DNA of 63,486 nucleotides, the filler included, from Rhabdomonas costata (Eukaryota): assembly GCA_019059605.1 (NCBI GenBank). It is 51 parts of 51 records of this genome, joined end to end, with 100 filler letters (N's around TTAATTAATTAA, not from the genome) between each part and the next. Parts side by side here need not be neighbours in the genome. Positions count along the whole stretch, not along the records: positions 1 to 1,148 come from JAHMHO010026249.1; positions 1,249 to 2,397 come from JAHMHO010026250.1; positions 2,498 to 3,645 come from JAHMHO010026251.1; positions 3,746 to 4,892 come from JAHMHO010026252.1; positions 4,993 to 6,140 come from JAHMHO010026253.1; positions 6,241 to 7,396 come from JAHMHO010026254.1; positions 7,497 to 8,644 come from JAHMHO010026255.1; positions 8,745 to 9,892 come from JAHMHO010026256.1; 43 more parts are not named here. The stretch is one strand, 5' to 3'. Of the stretch, positions 1-11,588 are shown one piece after another (positions within the stretch are counted from its first letter, which is position 1; each line of letters opens with the position of its first letter). Below the pieces are notes generated by a model. The model saw nothing but the letters and a program-made list of their open reading frames with translations, was not told the origin of the DNA and made no database searches. A program made the translations under genes and the position numbers.

Positions 1-1148
1 GGGGTGGGGGGGTGGATGGAGTTTCTGAATTCTGAATGTGATTCCTTCTTGTCCCATAGTTGCATCTGTCAGGAAGTGCAAACAACGTTGTGGTTCTTCC
101 CACCGCGGGGTGCCCGACAGCCCACAGATAGCGGGGCTTGGACAGCTGTCCCCTGTAGGTTTGGCGCAGGACTTGCCACGTGTTAGAGCAACACCCCACC
201 ACTGAAGTGGCTCAGGTTCCAGTTGTTTTGGCCTGTTTCGCAATGTGACGCAATGTTAGCAAAAAGAAAATGAGAGGCCGCTTACAACTGTAACATGATG
301 GAGCATCGGCTGCGCACCCTTTACCGAAATTCCAGCATCCTTTGCTCCACTGTACTCTTCCGCACAGGAACGCCACATATTGAGGGCAGTGTTGCATTCG
401 AAAGCTACAGTTACAGCTACAGTTTAAAATGGGTCATTCGCCCGTTCAGCGTTCTGAGTGCTGACATTGCGTCACCACAGTTCAGTGAACAATGCACCAG
501 CTTTCAAACGGCAAACAAGAAAACAACAAACAAACAGGCTGCGTGGTGTGGTAGTGAAGAGCAGAAAACTTGCGCGGCACGCAGGACAGTCTCTTCCAAC
601 AATCAGAGAAAAATGGACGTGAAGGAGGACAGGAACGAAGACCACAACTCACACAGAGCCTCTGAGAAGTTGAGAAAGAAAGCGCAAACCAGGACCGGAG
701 ACGCGAGACAGGAATTCCTGTCAGGATGCGCACATAGAGCAGCAGGTTGGTGTGGGGGGGGGGGGGCGAAGTCCCTGTACTATGATTCTTCCGAAGTGGA
801 TGAGCATTAAAATAATGTCCTGAATTGCAATAAAATTTGGGGTAAACTCGCCCTTATTTTTGAATTCTGGATGAGGGAAGTGTTCCGTGTGGTAGGTGTG
901 GGTGGTTACCCGTGCTGCAGTGGGTGTCACCTTGCATGCACGCACTCAGACCTCCCATCGCTCCGCGGAGGGGAACCCTCCTGCACGGAAAACCGCTTCG
1001 GTGGTCAAAAACCAGTACGTCGACCGGGCGGACATTGACTACCTCATTGCAGTGTGCGATTTTCTTCCCCTCATGACGATTTCGTCGACACCTGCTCTCA
1101 CCAAACCCCTCCTGACCCCCTCCTGTCACTGTTATGGGGGAAATGATA

Positions 1149-1248
1149 NNNNNNNNNNNNNNNNNNNNNNNNNNNNNNNNNNNNNNNNNNNNTTAATTAA
1201 TTAANNNNNNNNNNNNNNNNNNNNNNNNNNNNNNNNNNNNNNNNNNNN
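1149..1248. other. Artificial contig spacer N44-TTAATTAATTAA-N44 (first of 50; recurs about every 1.25 kb, last at 62240-62339)
   Basis: Identical 100-nt block whose 12-mer core gives stops in all six frames. It separates contigs of about 1124-1156 nt. Confidence 0.99.
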
Positions 1249-4200
1249 AGTTGGAAAAGTAAATAACCGTTAGTATACATGCGTATGCAAAAAGAAAGAA
1301 CGGCTTCGGATCGATGTGCTCCATTAGCAGTGACGGGCGTATTGCAGCAAACGCTGGGTGCGAAATAAGTTACCACGGTGGGTGAAAAAACTGCCTATGA
1401 TATAAAACTATCACCCGTGTCACCTTGAACGTGAAAATGTATGACCAACGGCACACAGCAAGTCTGGCGTGCCTTGATATCGATCAGCAAAAGGTCAGCA
1501 AACTTGCTCAGAGGCTCCTTCAGCTGAAGCCCTGATCCATGGAGCAGGCGGTGTATCCGCGAGAAGCGGCCCAAGGGGGGACCCCTCCTCGAGAGCTGGC
1601 GAGCCAGCATCTCCGATATATCCGAGTCCCTTCACGGACTCACACTTCCCTCCCGCTTCCGAAGCGGGGGGAGCTCCTGATTTCCGAAGTCACCAAAATA
1701 GAAATTCAGGCTTGACTGAAGGGAAAGCCGACGAAAAGGAAGCCTAGGCACCCCACCTGGTCCAAAAGAGGAAAAATCCAGTGTGCGTGTCAAGGGATAA
1801 AATTTTATATTCTGAACTATTCTGTGAGTTACCTCCTCCCCCCCATCTCGCTGTGGATACTCGGGATTCGGTAAGACATATGTCTCGCAGCTGAAGCCGC
1901 AGTGCGCCAGGCAACAAGGCAGCGCGAAAGTAATGTTACTAACAGAACAACACAGTCGGAAGTCACACACTAGAGTCCCATGTTTACTGCAGCGCAAATT
2001 TTTCAATCCCAACCTCAATCGGTAACTTTAACCCACCCATGGACGAACCCGCCAAAGATGCTAAACGAGTGTTAAGCGCCCCCATATTTCCCTTTATTAC
2101 ATCCTTGTCCTTCCAAAGAAGTGAATGAGATGACCACCAAACTCTGGAAGAGTCAGCACAAGCGAAAAAAAGGGAAGGGTGGGCAAGGCAACGAGAGAAC
2201 AGAACGATAATTAACAGCAAACAAGGAAGGTCACCAAACAAAGCAAAGCAAAGCACAGCGAACTATATCTCTACAACCGGTAAAAAGCAAAAGAAGTCTT
2301 TTGACCGCGATCCATCGCACCAACAAACGCAAGATGAAGAACTGGAGGAGGAAGAAATCAGAAGCCTCCCACCCCACCCCCCAACCACACCCAACACNNN
2401 NNNNNNNNNNNNNNNNNNNNNNNNNNNNNNNNNNNNNNNNNTTAATTAATTAANNNNNNNNNNNNNNNNNNNNNNNNNNNNNNNNNNNNNNNNNNNNGTG
2501 GGGGGGTTGGTTTCCTTTCTGCAGTGTCCGCTCCACAACGGTGGTAATACCAAGGTCCACAAACACAAAGGAAACCAACCCATTGTCGGGCGATGACAGA
2601 AGTGCTTCCGCGGTAAATACCCCAAACGCAATCTGTACGTGGGCAGCGAGGCTGGAAAACATTTTCTGAAATCGCAACCTAACTTCTTCCTTGAGGTCAC
2701 TGTGCTTCACCGTTTCCCGGAGCAAACGCACAGCCAGGCCAGAGGTCGCCTTAACGAGATTCACGTTGGGGTCCCTGAGCCCTGGGTAGTAGAAGAGTGC
2801 AGTCATGAACCCATTCGATGCTGCATTGCCAACAACCCACTTATCAAATAAAATGTTAAGAAAAAAGCCGCCAGGTCGATAAGGAATTGAGATGTCTCGA
2901 ATTAAGAACAGAAATATAACAAGCGACCGGAAAAAAACACCTAAACAGTTTAACCGGATTACCCCGTGACTGACACCCACACAACAAGAAACCAAAATAG
3001 CTTCATTTTTGGGGGAAATGACTCAGAAGCACGTACTGCTCTGAATGGCATCGAAGATCCCCGGATCCCCCAAAAGCCATCTCAATGCCACTTCGTTGTT
3101 AAGCATCCCCTGCAGGGCACCCATAGCACTGCTGGCCAGCACGGCCGGATCGACTTCTTGATCATCTTCTTCATAGGATGACGAAAGGCAGTCTGCGGTC
3201 AAGCAAGGTCCAACCATTGCGGTAGCGTACTGCCGCACTTGTTCGGGGAGCTTAGGGCAGTGATGTGCCACTGCAGCCCATCCCGCGGAGGTGCCCACCA
3301 AGGCACCAACTATCGCCATAGTTCCACAGCAGACGTGTGTATTGGTGGAGGCCAGGCCTTGCCGCAGCAGAGCAATACATCCCTCACCATGCAGAAGCAG
3401 GCTTTGAGCCGGGCCACAAGGGCAGCCTGGGTCTCCAGACGCCACAGGAGGTCCCTAAATTCAGAATGCCCCGCAGCCTGTCAGTTTCTCCAGGGTTGAA
3501 TTTGAACCAGTTCGCCTTAAAATTAAACCGATCCAATACAGAAAATGCAAGCACCCGAAGCAACTCATTGCAAGTGTTTCTGCAAACCTTTGGATCTGGT
3601 GCTCGTGGTCACTCTCGTGGTCTGAGGTTGAAGTTACCATAAACCNNNNNNNNNNNNNNNNNNNNNNNNNNNNNNNNNNNNNNNNNNNNTTAATTAATTA
3701 ANNNNNNNNNNNNNNNNNNNNNNNNNNNNNNNNNNNNNNNNNNNNCCCTGGCATAAGGGCTCTGATTTCTTGCGATGCTCAATGGTCCGCACTGGGTCCG
3801 TCTCTACGCGGGTTCGTTCTAGGTGCTCCTCCCCTCGTGTTGTGTGCGTGTGTGTTGGACGTATTGCGCGCTGGCTGATGCGGAGCTGATATCCCCGTGC
3901 TGTGGAATACACCTTGGAATGGAGCGAGGGGGGGGGGGATGGCTGGGTGGAAGCGTGGGTGTTCCCGCGCTTCTGAGCACCTCTCTAAGCGTATGTGAGA
4001 AAATATTGACAATGTGGTGCCTTGAGCCCATGAAAGCGAACCACGAAACCTGACACGGCCTAGAATGTTCACGGTCAGTTGCGAGCCCCAGTAATGAACC
4101 TCGCCGCTGAGCGGACTGATGTGACGTCTCCTTGCACACCCCGCCTCATCGGCATCATCCCCCCCACCGCTGTGCCGCAAGTCGAGGCATCCTATTCCTA

Positions 4201-6244
4201 TTGAATGAACAACTGAGCGCAGGGTGCGGGGCCACTTCTGGAGCGCGCCCGCGCGTGTACACACCCACACCCACACACACGAATGGTCACACACCGCTCC
4301 GTTGCCTGGGGCGGCTGCCGGGACGTTCAGCGCGGTTAAAGTGGGCGGAGGCCGCCGCGGCCGCCGTACTGCGAAGGAAGTAGAACACGCAAAATCCACA
4401 CTAAAGGCACACTAGGGAGCAAGCAAGCACCTTGATGCAATTGAAGTTGGGGGCGACGGTAACGTTTACCAGTGGTCACATCATAAAGGTCGTTAAAGGT
4501 CTCTTGGTCACGTTCTCGCTCCAGTTGCCGCTCCCGCCGCGACGCGGACTGGCCTTCGCCTCTAAACTAGAGGTTCTTGGGAAACCTCAAAGGCGCGTGC
4601 ATGGAAACACACACACACACACACTCACTCACTCACTCACACTCACACGCACACTCACACTCACACTCACTGAAGAAACCTTGCTTTCGAGTAGGGGAAT
4701 AAATGGAGCCAGGGAGGCTGCGCAATGAAGGAAGAAGCCGCGCAGGTTCGGTCCTGACTGTTAACCCCCGAAGTGTTGCGTCAGTTCGATTTGGAAGAAG
4801 GTTCCGAGGAAGAAGTAATACCGAATGGTGACACCACAGTGGCCTCCTACCCCACCCACCCACTCACTCACATTAACAGAAGACTATATAGCNNNNNNNN
4901 NNNNNNNNNNNNNNNNNNNNNNNNNNNNNNNNNNNNTTAATTAATTAANNNNNNNNNNNNNNNNNNNNNNNNNNNNNNNNNNNNNNNNNNNNGGGGGGTG
5001 GGGGACGAAGGGGAGATATTGTAGTAATGCGCCGCTAAAGCGACACATTAGGGGGGTTTTCCGGTGGTAGAGCCCACCAGCATAAATTGGAACCCTGTTG
5101 TTTAATGTCGTTAAAGGTTTAACATACACAAAAAAGAAATGGACACTCACTGGTTACCTCACATTCCTTGTTGGGGAGGTCCACGGAGGAGTTGAGCTGA
5201 AGAAGAAAGTCACCAGCGCCTTATCTCGGAGGGTTCAGAAAGAAGAGCTTAGTAGGCCACGCTTTATACCGTTTTTCACGTGTTATTGACCCTCATTTTT
5301 CCTGAAAGCGCCATGCGCGTCGCATGGCAAACTTCTGCAGCATTTCTACAGGCATTATTCTTTAATTGCGAACATCCTGAAACACCCCAAACTATCGCTT
5401 TGATTTGTTTAAGGGTTCAGAAAGCACCTGAACGGTCCTATGTGCGTTGCATGCAATTTGAGGTGAGCGAGGAATTGGTCGAAGCTGGCCGAAGGCCAAG
5501 TGAGCCTTCTGATGAGGGGCGCGGGTCTAGTTGTCTTTGCCAGTACAGCCACAACTTGGGTGTGCTCCGTACAACGTTAGAGTGTTGTAACTTTTATCTC
5601 TCTGGGCACCACAGGTTCCGCGAACCTTTTCATTGTACCGTACTTACACTCTGTTTCGGACGATGGGGCTGCGCCACCTGCTGGTGGTGGACGGGGACGC
5701 GGTGCTGGGCATTCTAACTCGAAAGGACTTGCTAGGGCAGGCGATCCAGGCTCGGCTGCGGCCTGCAGCCTCCTCGGACCAGGGCGGCACCGTGCGTACG
5801 GTTGTGGTGTGATGAAGCTCGCTGCATTGGGTGGTGGAAGCGTTGCGAGACTATCTGGCTTGCAGCGAAAGCCGTTGTACGATTGTAGGTTTAGAGAGTC
5901 ACCGAGATACACTTGAATCGCACGGCTTAAGGTTGCGACTCCCGTGCCGCATCCGTAGTTTTAGAAATTCTCTTCTTGAAGTGTTGCTTTTGTTCCGATT
6001 TACCACAACATCCAACTTCTCGCAACATTTATTCCGTGGTGGAGCCCAGCCACAAGCGTGCTCAAACCATCCCGGTGGTTGCTTGGCCTTGCTGGTGCTG
6101 CCGATAGACCACAAAGGGACGACCCGCCATGTCGCAGTGGNNNNNNNNNNNNNNNNNNNNNNNNNNNNNNNNNNNNNNNNNNNNTTAATTAATTAANNNN
6201 NNNNNNNNNNNNNNNNNNNNNNNNNNNNNNNNNNNNNNNNGTGT

Positions 6245-6282
<38 letters not shown>

Positions 6283-6337
6283 GGCAGTTTTGCCTTACAC
6301 ATATCCCCAAAAAGTATATATGTAAGGCAAAACTGCC

Positions 6338-6374
<37 letters not shown>

Positions 6375-6713
6375 CCTCACAGTTGGCGACAGCCGCAGAA
6401 CTGCGCCGATCGAGCATAAAGTTGGGGAGCAGCAGTGAACCCAAAAATTGGAGAAAATTGGAGAAAGTGGACCCGTCATAATCAACGGAAAACTTGAAAC
6501 AACTCCATTGCGTAAAAAAAAAAAAGATCAGTCCAGTGATGAAAAGGCGATAAATAGGGCCCAACCTGAAATCCGCCACCTTGAGCTGTTGACTGCGGAA
6601 ATCAAAGGGAGGCGGCATATCGTTTTTTCACAAGCAAAGCAAAGAGTTCAGAAAAAGCGAGAGAGGACCACGGGAGAGGGATGGAAACGGGGAGCGGAGA
6701 GCAGTGCGCACGC

Positions 6714-7292
6714 CTGCAACAGCCTTCCTGGGGTGGCAATGAGGATGTTCATGCGGTGAAGCCGGGCACGTTCCTGAGCAACGGAGTTCCCACCCGTGAC
6801 CAGTCCTGCGGAGAAGGCGTGCCGTGCACCCACCAGGTTGAGAACCTTGAAGGTCTGCTGGGCAAGCTCCCGCGTGGGCGACAGAACTAACGCCCCCAGG
6901 TTGTCCTGTGCGCGGGTGTGCACAGGAGAATCCAAAGAAGGAGGGTGGGGGACTTGTGCCGCCACACAGTATTCACTACCACACAGGGGCATCGTTGAAA
7001 AATGCCTTGGTGGTCTTTCTGGAGGTAGCAGAGACCTGGCAGCGCTCCTGCTTCTGCTGCTTCCTCCCGTGCTACAATGCAGTGGAATGGCCTGAAAGAG
7101 ATGCCCACCCCACCCATCTTGTGGAGCATTTAAGACTGGGTATGCAGCGGCATACTGCTGGGTGGAATACGCCAACCATATACACCAGCAGAACACACAT
7201 GCACGCACACACTAAGCATACCATGGTGGACCACTGCGCCTGCGCAAGGCGCTCCAGCAGCGGCACCAAAAAGGCCAGCGTCTTCCCAGAAC
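6714..7292 (-). CDS. DBP4: DEAD-box RNA helicase DBP4/DDX10, two internal exons
   Basis: Exon 7292-7222 reads (G)[23 protein letters not shown] (motif I), bounded by cag| and |gtatgc. Exon 6905-6714 reads [39 protein letters not shown]...[13 protein letters not shown] (motifs Ia, GG, Ib). 'VG..H.FSAGLV.GG' and '[11 protein letters not shown]' are typical of DBP4. The second donor is GC (CAG|gcgtgc). Confidence 0.9.
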
Positions 7293-7600
7293 CTGATATT
7301 TTCGCACAAGAAAAAACGACTCTGTGCCATGCGTCACACCTGATCCGATTGCATCCAAAAACCTGCTTCCCACGGGCGTTCAGAAGCAGTGCAGACNNNN
7401 NNNNNNNNNNNNNNNNNNNNNNNNNNNNNNNNNNNNNNNNTTAATTAATTAANNNNNNNNNNNNNNNNNNNNNNNNNNNNNNNNNNNNNNNNNNNNGGGG
7501 TGTGGGAAAATAAAACTAACCCAAACGTCCGGCAGTCGCAGTCCAGCCTGGGTTTCGAGCGATAAAACAAACCCTCTGAAATCAACTGAAAAGAACGCAC

Positions 7601-7786
7601 GTTTGGATTGTAACATTCTGTGCAGTAGAGGGACGACGGGTCCGCCCAGTTGGAGCGGGTCAGCAGGATGTGGCATCCATCGGCGAACACAAGTTTGTAC
7701 TTTATCACCCTGGGCTCTTCGCTGTTGCTACTCTCAATCCGCTCCAGAGCGCTTTCAAAGTCGATGCCCTTCGGGAAAGCGTGCGT
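7601..7786 (-). CDS. Hypothetical protein exon
   Basis: Open 62-codon exon THAFPKGIDFESALERIE...YCTECYNPN between a pyrimidine tract + cag and a gtgcgt donor. No family recognised. Confidence 0.4.
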
Positions 7787-9140
7787 CTGAGAGAAACGTG
7801 AGCAGCAAAGTTCACAGGTTGATTGGCGAGGCAACCCCACCTGGGCGAAAAAGAGGAAACACGTGCTTCAAAAAATGTTGGGTGAGGGGTGAGGGCTGGG
7901 GAGTGGAACAACAAACAAACAAACAAACAAACCTCCCATTTTGCAAAAGACGAGTCGCGGAAGGAGGAAGTCTTTTTCCTTGCCTCGTCAAAAGGTGTAG
8001 TCGAGGAAGCATTGGTTTTCTGTGGACAAACACCCGCTCCAAACTTGAGTATATCGAAGCAGCGCCGGCTTTTTTGCATTATTTTTCCGTCAAATTTTAC
8101 TTTGGCAACAAACAAGGAAAGAGATTGATAGAATAGAACAGGCCAGTCCCAGGTCCACGTGGGAACTAGCCGAAAAGCCTAACAACGGCAAGCGTACAAA
8201 CCATCCAACCCAAATGTCTTTTGCTCTTTCGTTCAGACCAAAACGTCGGCATGTAAATTTGTCATATCAAAGTGGAGGGCAAGGCAAAAAGGTTTCCCTG
8301 AATCGTCGAAATCTCGCTAAATCATTCAAACACCCAAATTATCTGCAGTCGTCTTATCGGCCCCCCTCACCCCTGCCAAAAGCAAAAAAAAAAACCAAAA
8401 GGACAAGGAGACAAGGAGAACCTCCCATTCAGCAAAGTTGGGGTCACTCGGACTGGGAGGTAGTTTCAAAATGGCATAGTTCTGTGGCCTCTTCTTGTTG
8501 ACCTGAAAAATGAAAGAAAAGAAAAGAAAGAAGAAGCGAGGGGCGGGTTTGTCTGGCGTTGACCAGAACCGGAAACTTAAATAGACCACCACGCGGAAAA
8601 ACGCCTGGTTTGCTTCGCAAACTTTTGTTTCGCACACACAAAACNNNNNNNNNNNNNNNNNNNNNNNNNNNNNNNNNNNNNNNNNNNNTTAATTAATTAA
8701 NNNNNNNNNNNNNNNNNNNNNNNNNNNNNNNNNNNNNNNNNNNNTGTTTTGGGGGAGCACAGGGTTTGATGGGGCGGGGGGGATTTGGCGATCGCTTGAA
8801 AATGTTCAAGCCCATGAATTGGTCTCGTGTGGAGAATAACACTGAGGAAAGAATTTGTAGGGCTGGACGAGTTGTCCGTGGCACCCGATATTACAAGGAG
8901 TAGCCTTTTTTTTACCGCGCGTACATAGGCAGACGCAGGAAGGATACTCCATTCCTCTGGGTTTATACAGTACGGAGGCACATGGGGAACAGTGTGCACC
9001 AAAACCACGGCACACAACGCTGAAACACCGAACTCCTTCCCTGCTCCTCCTTCGCACGCCCCAAAGGGTCCCAACGGGTACCCTTTCTTTCATCGCGAGA
9101 AGGAAGGAAGGTCCTCAGGGAAGAGAGGGAAACCTCCCCC

Positions 9141-9392
9141 TCACCACTTGACAATACGCAGGCCCAGGTAGGCGATGACTCGGTACCCCACAATCATCAC
9201 CAGCAGGGCCATGACACATAGCCCAACCGAAAGCTGGTTGAGCCCCAAATCTTGGATCTGGACTTCCCCGTTGGGGATGGGGCAGGTGTTGTTGTTGGCC
9301 TTCAAATCTTCCGGGGTGCAGTACAGCTGCAGGCCCGTGAATTCCACGAGCGAGACCCCAACGTAGGTGTACTTGTTCACGCTCAGTGCGTC
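9141..9392 (-). CDS. ABCG/White-family ABC transporter, last exon
   Basis: DALSVNKYTYVGVSLVEFTGLQLYC...CPIPNGEVQIQDLGL...LLVMIVGYRVIAYLGLRIVKW* fits the ABCG C-terminus (S..kY....l..nEF.g...C...C...G......G...Y R.iAYl.Lr). Preceded by a tag acceptor. Confidence 0.88.
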   Translation of the reverse strand, partial: DALSVNKYTYVGVSLVEFTGLQLYCTPEDLKANNNTCPIPNGEVQIQDLGLNQLSVGLCVMALLVMIVGYRVIAYLGLRIVKW

Positions 9393-10045
9393 CTATTGCC
9401 ACCCACACCCAGCGATGGAAACGAAACCAAGCAAAGGGAATACAGCTGAGGGGAACACACCTGTCACGAGGCAGCCCGGGGCAGTTCGTGGCGCGGAGAG
9501 GTTGGGAGCCGGGGGGGGGGGCGCCAAACCCACGTGGAACCCGCGAGGATGGAATGTGCTCTGTGAGTTAGTTCAAATGACTGAGGTTAGGAATGCGAAA
9601 GGAGGCCAGGCTCGGTAACGCTCCTGGTTGACGTCACAGACGACGTAGCGGTTGCAACCGGTGCCACCGGTGCCTCAGTGTGCGGCACTCACGGATGCCA
9701 TTGCCTGCACTCCTGTGGTGTGCTTCTCTTCGCTCCCCCGCACTCCTTCCCACCTGCGTGTTCTGGTCGCCGCGGTCGCTCCCCTCCCTGGTCTCCACTG
9801 CCCATTTCGGGTCGTCGCTTCCCTTTCCATCCTTCTCAGGTCCTGCTCACCACTTGGTGTCGCTTGGTTTCCACGACATCTGACCCACCCCCNNNNNNNN
9901 NNNNNNNNNNNNNNNNNNNNNNNNNNNNNNNNNNNNTTAATTAATTAANNNNNNNNNNNNNNNNNNNNNNNNNNNNNNNNNNNNNNNNNNNNTTGTGGTT
10001 GTGATCCCGTTCACGTCGGATACATAAAGCTTCGGTGTTCAGGTT

Positions 10046-10135
10046 TCACGAAACGCGCTGGAAAAAGATCAACTTCCTTGCCAAAACAGCGAGCATGGGA
10101 TACTGGGATTCATTGAAAAGCAAGGGCTGGTTCAC
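10046..10135 (-). mobile_element. Possible degenerate hAT transposase C-terminal dimerisation-domain relic
   Basis: PLLFNESQYPMLAVLARKL..QRVS resembles the hAT pattern 'PL.WW...E..YP.L..LARKYL...SERVFS' but lacks WW and the PATS segment. Short match. Confidence 0.35.
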
Positions 10136-11314
10136 GGAAACTTTGAGACAGTACAATAACCAAATAAGGCCTTCATACGAATAGTCTTTGAAGGCCACAG
10201 GAATACCGCAGAAGACAACTGTAGTCATATATTTAGAACAGACTAAGCTCGAAGAAAGGAAAACGAAAATGGATATTTATGAAGAGGAAGATGTGGGCTC
10301 TCAAGCTGACGACGATAATATCGATACAAAAAACAGAAAAACGAAAGAATACAATAAAACCATAAAACCACTCAATGATGCGTCAGTGCCAGCGCGCGCA
10401 TGTCTGTATGCGTGCGGGAGACTTCTGCGATATGAAACGACCACACGAACAGTCACTCCCATGACAGTGTGTAGTGTGTGTGGGGGGGGGGGATCGTGCG
10501 AATGACAAGCCTTCTACAGTTAATGCATATCGTGTGCGAACATAAGGAAAGGATGCGATGGGGCCGGAAGGGATATGCAGCGAAACAGACGATCTTGTGG
10601 CTTAGCAGTGTCGTAGAAAAGGCAGTGCGCCTTAGTCCGAGTCCAAATCATCCCACGCAATACTTTTCTGAACAGCAGGAAGTACTCCGGGGAACTCGAA
10701 GGGGGATGGCCCCCCGTCCCTCTGGATGGGATGCTCACGCAGCTTCCCAGCCATGATGTTAGCGTGGAAAGGGCAGTTCGCTGAGGGGAGATTATATGGG
10801 ACGTGCGACCCCACTACTTCCTGGATGCTGCAGGAAGGGAAGCAAAGGAGTTCGTATCAAAAATGCATAAATTGGACCCGATGCGATTAACTTCCCAACT
10901 AAAGGTAGATGCTGTAATCAAATGCATTGCATTTGCCTTTTTGCAGTATCGTCGTGTCAAATGGCGGGTCGGTCAAATCAGCTCACTGTTTCTGAGCACA
11001 CCCCGAAGAATCTGCGTGCTTCAGAGGAAATTCGCAGGATGCACATCCCCTGGTCGAGCAGAAGAGTCCGATGAAATGAAGGGTTCCGCGAAATAACTGA
11101 CGGCTGTTGAATGGGAAGATGCGGCTCAGTCCCCCCACCCNNNNNNNNNNNNNNNNNNNNNNNNNNNNNNNNNNNNNNNNNNNNTTAATTAATTAANNNN
11201 NNNNNNNNNNNNNNNNNNNNNNNNNNNNNNNNNNNNNNNNGGTTGGTCGAAGGGAATCGTTCAAAATCCTTAATCTCATGAGGCGCCGGAAATAGAGAGG
11301 CTTTCACGGCATAC

Positions 11315-11588
11315 GGCAAGTGGCCTGAACCTGGCTGTCGACGGTTCCGTTGGAGGTGCTCGTAACAACCCTCCACCACGCGGCACAAGCAACAGGTGAG
11401 GATGTGGGTGACGTCAGTGGACAGAAGGCAAACACTGCAGAGGGTGCGCCAGTCCCGATCATCCACCGCGAGGGGCTGTTGTACAGGTAAAGTTTCGCCA
11501 AGGGGTTGTAGTAGGTCCCCGAGCGAGAGAAGTGGTACACGCCGTCGATCTGTGAATTCTCACCCTGGCGACCAGTTATCACGATGTC
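11315..11588 (-). CDS. Hypothetical exon with an aromatic-rich beta-type module
   Basis: Open frame DIVITGRQGENSQIDGVYHFSRSGTYYNPLAKLYLYNSPSRWMIG...AAWWRVV...QATC ending at a gtatgc donor. The acceptor is approximate. Confidence 0.45.

Noticed and set aside
2498..3454. ARM-like helical ORFs on the minus strand
   Set aside because: Possibly coding, but I could not build a phase-consistent exon chain or assign a family.
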